Assembly (NCBI GenBank): GCA_048634345.1
Contig: JAIWAP010000002.1
Span: forward strand, 1 to 45,341
Direction: 5' to 3'
DNA from: Methanobacteriota archaeon
GTDB lineage: Archaea; Halobacteriota; Methanosarcinia; Methanosarcinales; Methanogasteraceae
DNA length: 45,341 nt
Of this stretch, positions 34,418 through 43,297 are shown piece after piece (the stretch's first letter is position 1; each line of letters begins with the position of its first letter). The notes below the pieces were generated by a model that was not told the origin of the DNA, did not search any database, and was given only the letters and a program-made list of their open reading frames with translations. The position numbers and the translations under genes were made by a program.

Positions 34418-35659
34418 ATGAAAGATTGTACGCACCCAACTGTTTCTTGCATCAATCCGTATGAACTCATCCGCAAGTATCGGTGTAACTCTTGCGGTGA
34501 AGTTATGATGTGTGCATGTGAGGAAAAGTTTGCTCGCCGCTTCCTTTCACATCAATTGAACTGCGGGAACGAATTAAACACAAATCGTAGGATACCGGTC
34601 ACCATTGGGTTCCAGAAGGGTATTTGTAACACATGTCGTGGACTCCCAGAAGAAGCTCACCCGATGGCACCGATATATGGAAGGACTACAAAGATTGTTC
34701 GATACTACTGGCGAGAGATTGCTTTCGAAACAATTCGGCGATTTGGAGAATGGACTGAGAGCCAAGGATACTCCGACTGGCTCACAGCCAGAGTAAAGCA
34801 TCAAGAAAAATACAACTCCATCAAACGAGAAGTTATCGGAGAGATTAAAGAGCTACATCGGCGCTCTCCCAAGTATGTATATCAAGAAGAGTCTCAAAAC
34901 GAAGTTCTGACCAAGTATCAGGTCGAGGTGGTGAGACTTGATGGCACCTATGTGAAAAAAGCAGAATCCGGTGTTGTGATTCTTGATGGAGATAAACTAT
35001 GCTCGCCGGAAGAGTTCGCGGCGCATCACTTTGAGAGAATGGGGTATAAAGTTGTATTTACCGAGAGTGTTCCATTCCATGCACTATTTGGGATATTTAT
35101 GTGGCTACTTATCCAAGATCAAAGTGATCCTAAAGTCCGTGTAGTGGGTTTTGGAGACCGTGCAGCTTTTGAGCAGGGAATCGCGGGCAAGCAGATATGG
35201 ACTTTTCTTCCTGAAGACTTTGGAACGATTAACTATGCCATGCGAAGGGCTACCGCCATCGACGAACATTTTGCTCTCATTCCAGAGCAAAAGGAGGAAC
35301 TGCTTCAGGTATTCGACTACTGGGTCGAGCCAAGCGTTGGCTTAAGACAATATCTTTGGGCACATCGTTCTCAAGACATTACGAAGGCGCGAGAAATAGT
35401 TTCCATATTGCCGGTGGATGTTACACGACGGATACTAAGGTACTTGGTAGCGGACTATTGGAAAAGATACTGCGGGTGGCCCGACATGATTGTTCATAAC
35501 CAGGACGAGTTCTTTTTCGTTGAGGTAAAATCATCTAATGACAAACTTAGCGAAGATCAGAAGAATTGGATACGAGGAAATAGCGCCGAGCTTCACTTGC
35601 CAGTTAAACTCGTCAAGATTCACAAACGAGGTGTCGTTAAAAACCCCCAAGTGATTTAA
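34418..35659 (+). CDS. FAN1-like structure-specific nuclease: Cys-rich N-terminus plus VRR-NUC (PD-(D/E)xK) C-terminal domain
   Basis: C-terminus GWPDMIVHNQDEFFFVEVKSSNDKLSEDQKNWI matches the VRR-NUC/FAN1 catalytic block (PD...EVK..ND.LS..Q..W). The middle region HHFERMGYKVVFTESVPFHALFGIFMWLLIQD resembles the FAN1 pre-nuclease helical region. The N-terminus has about 10 Cys (CTHPTVSC...CNSCGEVMMCAC...CG...CNTC). Confidence 0.75.
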   Translation: MKDCTHPTVSCINPYELIRKYRCNSCGEVMMCACEEKFARRFLSHQLNCGNELNTNRRIPVTIGFQKGICNTCRGLPEEAHPMAPIYGRTTKIVRYYWREIAFETIRRFGEWTESQGYSDWLTARVKHQEKYNSIKREVIGEIKELHRRSPKYVYQEESQNEVLTKYQVEVVRLDGTYVKKAESGVVILDGDKLCSPEEFAAHHFERMGYKVVFTESVPFHALFGIFMWLLIQDQSDPKVRVVGFGDRAAFEQGIAGKQIWTFLPEDFGTINYAMRRATAIDEHFALIPEQKEELLQVFDYWVEPSVGLRQYLWAHRSQDITKAREIVSILPVDVTRRILRYLVADYWKRYCGWPDMIVHNQDEFFFVEVKSSNDKLSEDQKNWIRGNSAELHLPVKLVKIHKRGVVKNPQVI

Positions 35660-35711
35660 GATAATAACTGTATACACCGCGTTGTTTAATTCCGCCCCGG
35701 TCGAGCACTGC

Positions 35712-35757
35712 GTATATACCGGAACAATAAGCAAAATTCGCACCGCCTTCGGCGAAC
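35712..35757 (+). repeat. right copy of the ~46-bp direct repeat bracketing the nuclease gene
   Basis: gtatataccggaacaataagcaaaattcgcaccgccttcggcgaac. See the left copy at 34273-34317. Confidence 0.6.
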
Positions 35758-35832
35758 ACAACGCCAATCCGGCGGCGGGACTGCACCCGCTATACAAAAT
35801 CCAGATATACCGTTAATAACATGTAAACTACG

Positions 35833-36098
35833 ATGATCTCCAAAAACGATAAGCTTCTGATATTGAAATACGCAAAAAATACAAATTGACAAGAGTGATG
35901 CTCTTCGGCTCATCCCGAGAAATAAGAGACGCGAACGATATAGACATCGGCGTAACTGGACTGGCGCCCGAATCATTCTTTGCGTTCTGCTGGGAGCTGT
36001 ATAGAGATCTGTCCAAGCCACTGGATGTCGTAGTTTAATTTGAGCAAAGATTGTTTAACAGACTTGTAGAACGGGATGGGGTAGTGCTGTATGGTTAG
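35833..36098 (+). pseudogene. minimal nucleotidyltransferase (MNT) with an N-terminal frameshift and an in-frame TAA
   Basis: IEIRKKYKLTRVMLFGSSREIRDANDIDIGVTG...SKPLDVVV-TAA(36036-36038)-FEQRLFNRLVERDGVVLYG-TAG. The GS...DxD motif and the typical C-terminal ERDGVVLYG lie in the same frame but are interrupted by a stop. The ATG at 35833 is in a different frame. Confidence 0.55.
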
Positions 36099-36237
36099 CA
36101 TAGAAGAGAATGTCCGCGCCGAAATGAAGAATATCACAACGGTTCTGACTGAAATAGAGAGAGTAAAGGATATGCCGCAGAAAGAACTCGTGGTTCTTGT
36201 GGGGATCGTTAACTATCTCACAAAAGTTGAGGGATAA
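36091..36237 (+). CDS. 48-aa ORF in the position of the MNT partner (probable truncated HEPN-like remnant)
   Basis: ATGGTTAG start/stop overlap with the MNT pseudogene. Translation MVSIEENVRAEMKNITTVLTEIERVKDMPQKELVVLVGIVNYLTKVEG. Too short for a full HEPN domain, and no Rx4H motif. Confidence 0.3.
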   Translation: MVSIEENVRAEMKNITTVLTEIERVKDMPQKELVVLVGIVNYLTKVEG

Positions 36238-36304
36238 ACCGCCATAAAATGCTGATTGCGGGCATTCGCGCCATTCCCCACATCAATGCTTTTTTGTAAG
36301 ATGT

Positions 36305-36742
36305 GTGGCAGAGAGCAGGACTGTGGCATTGAATAAACTCACCCCCAATCTGATGGTTGAGGACGTAAACCGTACCGTTGAGTTTTACCATGATGTTCTT
36401 GGGTTTGAATTCGTTATGGGCGTCATAGAAGAGCTTCAAGAGATCCTGACATCTTATCAGCAGGACAGATCGCTGGATTACGCGATGATGAAGTGCGGGA
36501 ACGTGGAGATAATGTTTCAGGCAGAGAAAAGCCTTGCCAGAGCGCTTCCGGTGCTGAAAGGTAGGGAGATCGGTGGCACTCTCACTCTGTACATGGAACT
36601 CGATGATGTTTCAGATCTGTATACAAGAGTGAAGGATACAGTCGCGGTCGTGAAGGATCTGCACACCACCTTTTACGGGATGCAGGAGCTTTACATCGAG
36701 GATTGTAATGGCTACATATTGACGTTTGCAGAGGCGGCTTAA
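36305..36742 (+). CDS. VOC (glyoxalase/bleomycin-resistance) family protein
   Basis: LTPNLMVEDVNRTVEFYHDVLGFEF...VEIMFQ...LYMELDDV...FYGMQELYIEDCNGYILTFAE is the beta-alpha-beta-beta-beta VOC pattern. It has a GTG start. Confidence 0.7.
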   Translation: MAESRTVALNKLTPNLMVEDVNRTVEFYHDVLGFEFVMGVIEELQEILTSYQQDRSLDYAMMKCGNVEIMFQAEKSLARALPVLKGREIGGTLTLYMELDDVSDLYTRVKDTVAVVKDLHTTFYGMQELYIEDCNGYILTFAEAA

Positions 36743-37049
36743 ACCGAGAGTACAATGACGCCCCGCACCAGGGGTTGGATGGATTATCCCCGGGACCTGC
36801 AGAGCTATGCTTCTGAAAAGATCCGGGGTGATCGATGAACTGCTCGAAAGAGTTGGAACGCAGAAAGGGGATGTCAAGCGAAGAGAAGATCGACGAGGAG
36901 TTTGTTGGTAGGCTGAAGAATTTGCTGCATCAGGTGAGGATGGGCTGTGACAAGAACTCGCTGGCGTTTGTGCTATTCTGCAAAGAAAGGTAGAGTGAAA
37001 AAATGCGCGTATCCCAATAACTTTACATGGATTTAGCAGCAATTAAATT

Positions 37050-37307
37050 ATGATGGTAAACGGTACAACTGTTGGGGACATGCAGGATGCAACCATTTCT
37101 AGTAGTATCGAAATCGCGATATACGCAAAACTATCTTCGATTGAAAACGAACTTGACAGCATCAGGACATTGCTCCGGAGACCAAAAAGAGTTGTTTCGC
37201 TGCGAGGTATTGCCAAATCTCTTGTAAGCGATGAAGAACTGGAGAATTCCATAAAAGATGCTAAGAAGTCTTTATTCAAAGGTGCCGATGATGTTTTACG
37301 TGGCTGA
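37050..37307 (+). CDS. putative antitoxin of the downstream PIN toxin
   Basis: 85 aa. C-terminal SLRGIAKSLVSDEELENSIKDAKKSLF resembles archaeal VapB-like antitoxins. The 3' end overlaps the PIN gene start by 20 nt. Confidence 0.55.
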   Translation: MMVNGTTVGDMQDATISSSIEIAIYAKLSSIENELDSIRTLLRRPKRVVSLRGIAKSLVSDEELENSIKDAKKSLFKGADDVLRG

Positions 37308-37671
37308 CACTCATGCTCTGATTTGGTATCTGCTTGGAACGCTGCCGGGTCGTGTCGATGAGATATTCAGGCAGGCAGAAACTGGTGAAACCATTGTGTA
37401 CATTCCAACAATCGTCCTCGCGGAATGCTTTCATCTGGTAAAGCATGGCAAGATCGCTTTGGATTTTGATGAATTACTCACAAGAATCGAAGAAAGTGAT
37501 AATTTCATCGTGATGTCATTTGATTTCAGGATTGTAAAATTATTGCCGTTGATTAACGCGCCAGAACTGCATGACCGGATCATCGTCGCCACTGCGAGGT
37601 TGCTTGGTGCCGTATTGATCACAAAGGACAAAGAGATTGTGGAGTTGGAGGATGTCCGTGTTGTGTGGTGA
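37288..37671 (+). CDS. vapC: PIN-domain ribonuclease toxin (VapC-like)
   Basis: MMFYVADTHALIWYL (first acidic residue), VLAECFH and HDRIIVATA give the conserved D/E/D pattern. AAGGTG lies 6 nt upstream of the ATG at 37288. Confidence 0.75.
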   Translation: MMFYVADTHALIWYLLGTLPGRVDEIFRQAETGETIVYIPTIVLAECFHLVKHGKIALDFDELLTRIEESDNFIVMSFDFRIVKLLPLINAPELHDRIIVATARLLGAVLITKDKEIVELEDVRVVW

Positions 37672-37851
37672 TCGGGGAGTCTGTAGGGGTTTTAATGGCT
37701 ATATCGCCCCATAAGCCTTATGGTGTCGCACTGGCGTATGCGGGTGGGGGGGTTGCGTAAATTTCGTCCCGGAGTTTGGTGCCGAAAGCCAGCTTCGCAT
37801 GGGGGCATCCTTGTGGTTGACCATAAAGTTAGAAGTGGCTTGCGATGGACA

Positions 37852-38910
37852 ATGGTTATGGAAGACATGATGCCCGATCCAAGCCCTGTCACCTACCCCT
37901 TCACTTCAGGAGCTGCTGCGTACGTCAGGGAACTTGGGGTCAATATTCCGGATCTCCTCGAAAAGCGGGTGTACGACCGTGCCCGTGCCCGCGGCGTGGA
38001 ACGGGTGATACAGGCAATCGATGGCAAAATCGAGAAGAATACCGACACCGACATGCCTGCGGAACTCGATGTGCTGTCCTATCCGGTTGCAAGAATGATC
38101 GTGTCCTGCATCGGCGATGATTACCTGATCCGCAGATACGCGCTTGCAGAGGCGAAAGCCGCGCACGAGTCCCTCCTAAGCGAGCGGCAGAACATTCTGG
38201 CAACGATGGGTCAGGAATTCGGGATGAATATTGATATCTCTGAGCAGAGGTTCAGGCTGCATTTCACCGATTATGTCAGGTATGCCCACCGCATGCACGA
38301 CCCCGGATGGAAACTGGTGAACCGGCGACTACAGAGCGGCTGGCTTTCACTATCCAGGAAAGAGTTCACGCGGTTACTTCAAGAAGCGATTCGAGATCGT
38401 ATACAGCAGGATTTGCCGCTTGATATCCCATCCGAGACCGAGATCTGCGATAAGCTCTCCGGACACATTGCTACCGTGAAAGAGTCTCTCGGCGCCCGCA
38501 AGACCGAGTTTGAGATTGGGGGCGAGGTTGATTCGGGCGCATTTCCGCCGTGCATCGCACAATCAATCGCGATGCTGCAAGGTGGCGTCAATCTGGCGCA
38601 TTCTGCAAGGTTCGCAACCACGGCGTTTCTGCGAAACATCGGCATGAGCGTGGATGATATCGTTGGCATGTTTGGCGGGTCGCCTGACTTTGATGAGACG
38701 CGGACCAGATATCAGGTCGAGCACATCGCAGGACAGGAGTACACCGCACCCGGCTGCGATACGATGAAGACTTATGGGAACTGCGTGGGCGCAGACGACC
38801 TCTGCAAGAGAGTTGCGCATCCGCTCAATTATTACCGGATCAAGAAGAGGGGAAAAGGTTCCAGGGGGTCGGCAGGGGCAGCACATACACCGGTTCGTCC
38901 GACCGCATAA
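37852..38910 (+). CDS. priL: DNA primase large (regulatory) subunit PriL
   Basis: FPPCIAQSIAMLQGGVNLAHSARFATTAFLRNIGMSVDDIVGMF...YTAPGCDTMKTYGNCVGADDLCKRVAHPLNYY contains the four-Cys Fe-S domain of archaeal PriL. The start is uncertain (ATGs at 37852, 37858, 37867, 37870); the ORF-track start at 37720 is probably too far upstream. Confidence 0.85.
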   Translation: MVMEDMMPDPSPVTYPFTSGAAAYVRELGVNIPDLLEKRVYDRARARGVERVIQAIDGKIEKNTDTDMPAELDVLSYPVARMIVSCIGDDYLIRRYALAEAKAAHESLLSERQNILATMGQEFGMNIDISEQRFRLHFTDYVRYAHRMHDPGWKLVNRRLQSGWLSLSRKEFTRLLQEAIRDRIQQDLPLDIPSETEICDKLSGHIATVKESLGARKTEFEIGGEVDSGAFPPCIAQSIAMLQGGVNLAHSARFATTAFLRNIGMSVDDIVGMFGGSPDFDETRTRYQVEHIAGQEYTAPGCDTMKTYGNCVGADDLCKRVAHPLNYYRIKKRGKGSRGSAGAAHTPVRPTA

Positions 38911-38911
38911 T

Positions 38912-39109
38912 CGCACGTTCGATTGACGCCTGAATCGTCGAACAGTCAGCGATCGGGTCTGAGAACGGGAGTCCGGGTTCGATTAGGGCTGCGCAGCCGC
39001 GCACGATCTCTGCGGTCGCCTCAGGTGTTGGGTCGCCCGCGCAGATGTATGCGATGAGCGCGCCCTCGTCGCGGGATTTTAGTTCAGTGGATTTGTCTTT
39101 AAGGTTCAT
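38912..39109 (-). pseudogene. trpA: tryptophan synthase alpha-chain N-terminal stub
   Basis: EGALIAYICAGDPTPEATAEIVRGCAALIEPGLPFSDPIADCSTIQASIERA matches the TrpA N-terminal signature (ali.YitaGdP...iElGiPFSDPlADGptIq). Similarity ends after ~66 codons, where the sequence runs into the 3' end of priL. Confidence 0.6.
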
Positions 39110-39136
39110 GGGGATTGTCGCCCATGTTGTTTTTAT

Positions 39137-39440
39137 TCATCTTGCTTTTCGAATATTTGCTAATAACTCTTTCACCTTCATCACATCTTCTTCACTTCCC
39201 TGGTTCTCAAATAACTCTTTTGCGATCTCAAACTCCTTCCTTGCCTCTTCGGGTCTTTTTGTCATCAAGAAGAGGATGCCAAGATTTGTATAGGCTTTAG
39301 CATTTTTCAGCATTTTCATAATCTTTCTTTTCATCAAATGAATTTCCAAGATAAAATAGATCTTCAGCATCTTTCAATTCAACGAGAAGCGCCAAAAGAG
39401 GTGGAAGATGATCTTCAGGCGAATAATCATCCACCATCGA
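39137..39440 (-). pseudogene. frameshifted small TPR-like protein
   Basis: MVDDYSPEDHLPPLLALLVELKDAEDLFYLGNSFDEKKDYENAEKC-stop. In the next frame KAYTNLGILFLMTKRPEEARKEFEIAKELFENQG follows, a TPR-type consensus. Confidence 0.35.
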
Positions 39441-39807
39441 GTCCAGCGTCCAATCCTACACATTTATGACATTAAAACCCCCTTTCGGTTTTGTGATAAA
39501 ACTGTTATCCTCAAGCCGGTTGACTGAGTTGATCCAGTCAAGTTCATCGATTTCAGTCTTGAAACCCAAGTTTCCCGCCCAAAAATCAAAACCGCCATCG
39601 TATGGCTGCATGCCTCCAAAATTTCGGCTATTTCTTGGTCGTAGTCTTCTTCACTTAATCCCCATCGATTTTAGATACCCCTTTACCAATGCCACTACCT
39701 TAAGAAGATAATCCAAATGGAATCAATAAAGTAAATACAGTTGGTATCTTATTATGCCAATATAAAGATTCGTAAATTATTACGAATCCACAAACAAGGT
39801 GCCAACC

Positions 39808-40920
39808 ATGTTTGATTCCATCCGCAATATTATGGATGAAGAAGTAGACAGTTATCGAGACCGTATATTTTCTCCTCTAATCCCCCTATCTGCCTTCTTG
39901 TCTCAAGTACTCAAGTATCAGATCAATCCTGCCAAAATGCGAAAGCGTTGGTGATTGCGGAACGTGTGGCACAAGGCGAGGTGCCTTGTTCGTCAAACAA
40001 CAAATCTTACTGCAATGCCCACATGCGCCTGCCTGAAAGCCTTGTCAGGCGACTGGTGCATGAGACGGGGAGATTACTGCATCTGAAGTCAGAGGAGGAC
40101 TCTGAAATGGAAAGGTCGCTTCAGTTAAGCGGGTAGATGGAAACGACGGTCTCGATGCCAGATACCCCTGAAAACCAGGAAGTATATCCGCAGCCCGAAG
40201 GGCAGAAGACCTGGGTGTTGGCTTTCAAATTGTCCGTATCGTCGCTATAGTCTCATTATCTTGCGGAGCAGTCCTTGACAGCAGCGATTGGACCTTACAA
40301 GGGCGCAAGGAAACTGGTGAACATGCTCTGTTGCGCCAGATATTGGACAGCATATCCGCAGGCGATATTATATTAGGAGATCGCTACTATTGTTCATATT
40401 TCTTGATTGTCATGCTACAGCGGTTGGGCGCGGATTCTGTCTTCCAGATCCATGGCAGCCGCAAAAGCGATTTCCGCCGAGGTGAGCAGCTTGGTAAAAG
40501 AGACCATATCGTTATATGGGAAAAGCCAAAACAACGACCGGACCCGGATGACTGAGATCATGTACTGCCAAATGCCAGACACGCCCGACAATACGCGAGA
40601 TCAAATTCCATGGAAAGGTCATTATTACCACTCTCCTTGATCCAAAAGAAGTTACAAGAACGGAAATCGTGAACTTTACACGAAACGGTGGTCGATCGAA
40701 GTGGACTTCAGATTCATCAAAACAGTTCTCCGGATGGATGTTTTGAGGTATAAAACACCTGACATGGTGCGTAAGGAAATCTGGGTTCATTTACTGGCGT
40801 ATAATCTGATCCGAACGGTCATGGCACAGGCGGCGCATCGTTATGAACCTGTGTCCGTTACTCACTAAACCACGAGAAGAAGCCCGTAACGAATTACGTG
40901 GAGGTGGGTATCTGCTTAAA
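39808..40920 (+). pseudogene. IS4-family DDE transposase, heavily frameshifted
   Basis: Fragments in several frames: MFDSIRNIMDEEVDSYRDRIFSPLIPLSAFLSQVL; TVSMPDTPENQEVYPQPEGQK; ILDSISAGDIILGDRYYCSYFLIVMLQRLGADSVFQIHGSRKSDFRRGEQLGKRDHIVIW; ELYTKRWSIEVDFRFIKTVLRMDVLRYKTPDMVRKEIWVHLLAYNLIR; LLTKPREEARNEL. Confidence 0.7.
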
Positions 40921-41085
40921 GTAGTGGCATTAGGCTCACGCCCATATCCGGCAACCCCCCTCTCGCATACAAGCAAGCTTGCAGCAGCCGACGACACCCG
41001 GGGGTCTCGGAAAGGTGTTTGTGGACCGAAAGCCGCATACGATCCTCTGCTTGACCGGCGGGGCAGGGATGCGTTCCGAGCATGT

Positions 41086-41856
41086 TTATTTTACCACCCC
41101 ATCATACACCCGCACAGCCCCGCCTGCCATGAACGCGACGCCGTCTGACGCAAAGGATATGCACAAAGAGCCTCCTGCAGTCCGCACCACCGCCCGATCG
41201 CCGGTCCGCCCGAGTCTGCGTGCCACATAAGCGGATGCGACCGCACCAGTGCCGCAACTCAAGGTCTCCGCCTCAACGCCGCGCTCATACGTCCTGATCG
41301 TGATCTCGCTCCCGCTCTCGACTTTCACGAAGTTCACGTTCGCACCATCCGGAAATACGGGTGCATACCTGATTCCGGGTGCGATCTCGTCGATTGCGAT
41401 CTCCATATCGTCCGTAAAGATTATGGCATGTGGAACGCCAGTGTTTACAGAATGTACCTTGTATCCGTTGATCTCACGTACGCCGCCCCACTCCGGAGTT
41501 CCCATGTCCACTTTTATCCACTCGCCGTCCAGATCGACCGTCAGAACGCCCGCAAGCGTCTCGATTGCAAAACTCCCTGTACCGGTTATGTAACCCTCGT
41601 CGATTGCGTACCTCGCAAGGCACCGTATGCCGTTTCCGCACATCTCTGCCTCAGATCGATCCGGCTGGAAGAGCTGCATCCTGATATCGGCGCAGTCAGA
41701 CTTCAAAAGGAAGAGGACGCCGTCCGCACCGATCCCAAACCTGCGATCGCAGTAGGTGGCTGCAAATTCGGCTTTGTCTTTGACGATCTCGTTTTGATAT
41801 TCGTCGATCAGGATGAAGTCGTTCCCGTTTCCGTGCAGCTTAGTGAACTTGATCAT
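41086..41856 (-). CDS. dapF: diaminopimelate epimerase
   Basis: FTKLHGNGNDFILID, MCGNGIRCLARY and SCGTGAVASA supply the two catalytic-Cys motifs of DapF. Confidence 0.85.
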   Translation of the reverse strand: MIKFTKLHGNGNDFILIDEYQNEIVKDKAEFAATYCDRRFGIGADGVLFLLKSDCADIRMQLFQPDRSEAEMCGNGIRCLARYAIDEGYITGTGSFAIETLAGVLTVDLDGEWIKVDMGTPEWGGVREINGYKVHSVNTGVPHAIIFTDDMEIAIDEIAPGIRYAPVFPDGANVNFVKVESGSEITIRTYERGVEAETLSCGTGAVASAYVARRLGRTGDRAVVRTAGGSLCISFASDGVAFMAGGAVRVYDGVVK

Positions 41857-42124
41857 GATGTCTCCACCTCAAACTGGAATCGCAAATTTTATTAATCTTT
41901 GGGGTATCCCGGAATCGTACACCAAACCCGCGCATTAAACACCCGCAATCTTGGATTAATCACCGGATCAACCCCGCAGCTCCAGATTACCGAAAGTCTT
42001 ATAACCGTGTTCACAAAGGTTGCTAAAGACCAAAAACAGTTTATGTCACTGATGGAAAATCATATCGCCGCAACGATAAGGCTTCTCCGTTTGTACATCT
42101 TTTAAAAAGCGAGGCAACGAAACG

Positions 42125-43246
42125 ATGAAAAACATAAAATATCTTACGAGGCTGGATCAAATAAGCGAATTGGGAGATGAGGAACAATTCGCACTCAAAA
42201 AAGTCACTGAAAAGTTTGCATTCCGCACAAATGATTATTACATGTCCCTGATCGATTGGGACGACCCTGATGACCCTATACGGCGCATTGTGATACCGGA
42301 TCCAGGAGAACTTGAGGAATGGGGTGGGCTTGATGCTTCCGACGAAAGTGTGTACACTACCACTCCGGGTTTGCAGCACAAATACGAACGCACCGCACTC
42401 CTGCTGGTTGCCGACGTATGCGGCGGGTACTGCCGGTTCTGTTTCAGAAAGCGGCTTTTCATAAACGATCGCGACGAGATCGCTCGTGATGTGACAGAAG
42501 GGCTACAATACATTCGCGAGCACGAGAAAATCACAAACGTGCTGCTCTCGGGCGGCGATCCGCTGATGCTCTCCACGAATAAACTGGAAAGAATAATCAG
42601 CCAGATTCGGGAGATTGAGCATGTCCGGATCATTCGTATCGGCACTAAAATGCCTGCTTTCAACCCCTACCGGATCATTGACGATCCGTCCTTGCTTGAG
42701 ATGATACAAAAATACAGCACCGATCAGAAGAGAATCTACGTGATGGCGCAGTTTAATCATCCAAACGAGCTTACCGACGCATCAGTCGAATCAATACGCC
42801 TCCTCATCGAAGCCGGCGCCATAATCACCAACCAGACTCCGATGATCCGCGGGGTCAACGACAACCCAAAAACCCTGTCGGCGCTATTCAAGAAACTCTC
42901 CTTCGTCGGGGCGGCTCCTTACTACGTCTTCCAGTGCCGACCGACATCAGGCAACCACGCATACGTTGTTCCGGTCGAGGAGGCGTACGAGATATTTCAT
43001 CAAGCTCAGATAAATTGTTCGGGTCTTGCCAAGCGGGCGCGGCTGGTTATGTCCCATTCGACAGGGAAGATTGAGATCGTCGGAAAGACAGACGCGCATA
43101 CATTCTTCCGCTATCACCGTGCGGCTGATCCGGAGCGGATCGCTGATTTCATGATCTTTAAGAGCAATCCTGATGCCTGCTGGTTCGACGACTACGGTGA
43201 ACCGGTCACAGAATATTCAATCTCGTCAAACGGCGATTCGAGCTAA
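42125..43246 (+). CDS. KamA-family radical SAM aminomutase-like protein
   Basis: CGGYCRFCFRKR is the CxxxCxxC cluster. The N-terminal FAFRTNDYYMSLIDWDDPDDPIRRIVIP and GLQHKYERTALLLV are lysine 2,3-aminomutase family signatures. At 373 aa it is shorter than AblA/KamA proper, and no ablB is adjacent. Confidence 0.8.
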   Translation: MKNIKYLTRLDQISELGDEEQFALKKVTEKFAFRTNDYYMSLIDWDDPDDPIRRIVIPDPGELEEWGGLDASDESVYTTTPGLQHKYERTALLLVADVCGGYCRFCFRKRLFINDRDEIARDVTEGLQYIREHEKITNVLLSGGDPLMLSTNKLERIISQIREIEHVRIIRIGTKMPAFNPYRIIDDPSLLEMIQKYSTDQKRIYVMAQFNHPNELTDASVESIRLLIEAGAIITNQTPMIRGVNDNPKTLSALFKKLSFVGAAPYYVFQCRPTSGNHAYVVPVEEAYEIFHQAQINCSGLAKRARLVMSHSTGKIEIVGKTDAHTFFRYHRAADPERIADFMIFKSNPDACWFDDYGEPVTEYSISSNGDSS

Positions 43247-43297
43247 TATCACTAATATCACAAGGTTTAAGTCTGAACGGTCTGCTATCTATAATAT

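Noticed and set aside
38955-38990. T-loop-like gggttcgatt as a tRNA fragment or att site
   Set aside because: It lies within the trpA-like coding remnant (encodes IEPGLP), and there is no complementary acceptor or T-stem context.
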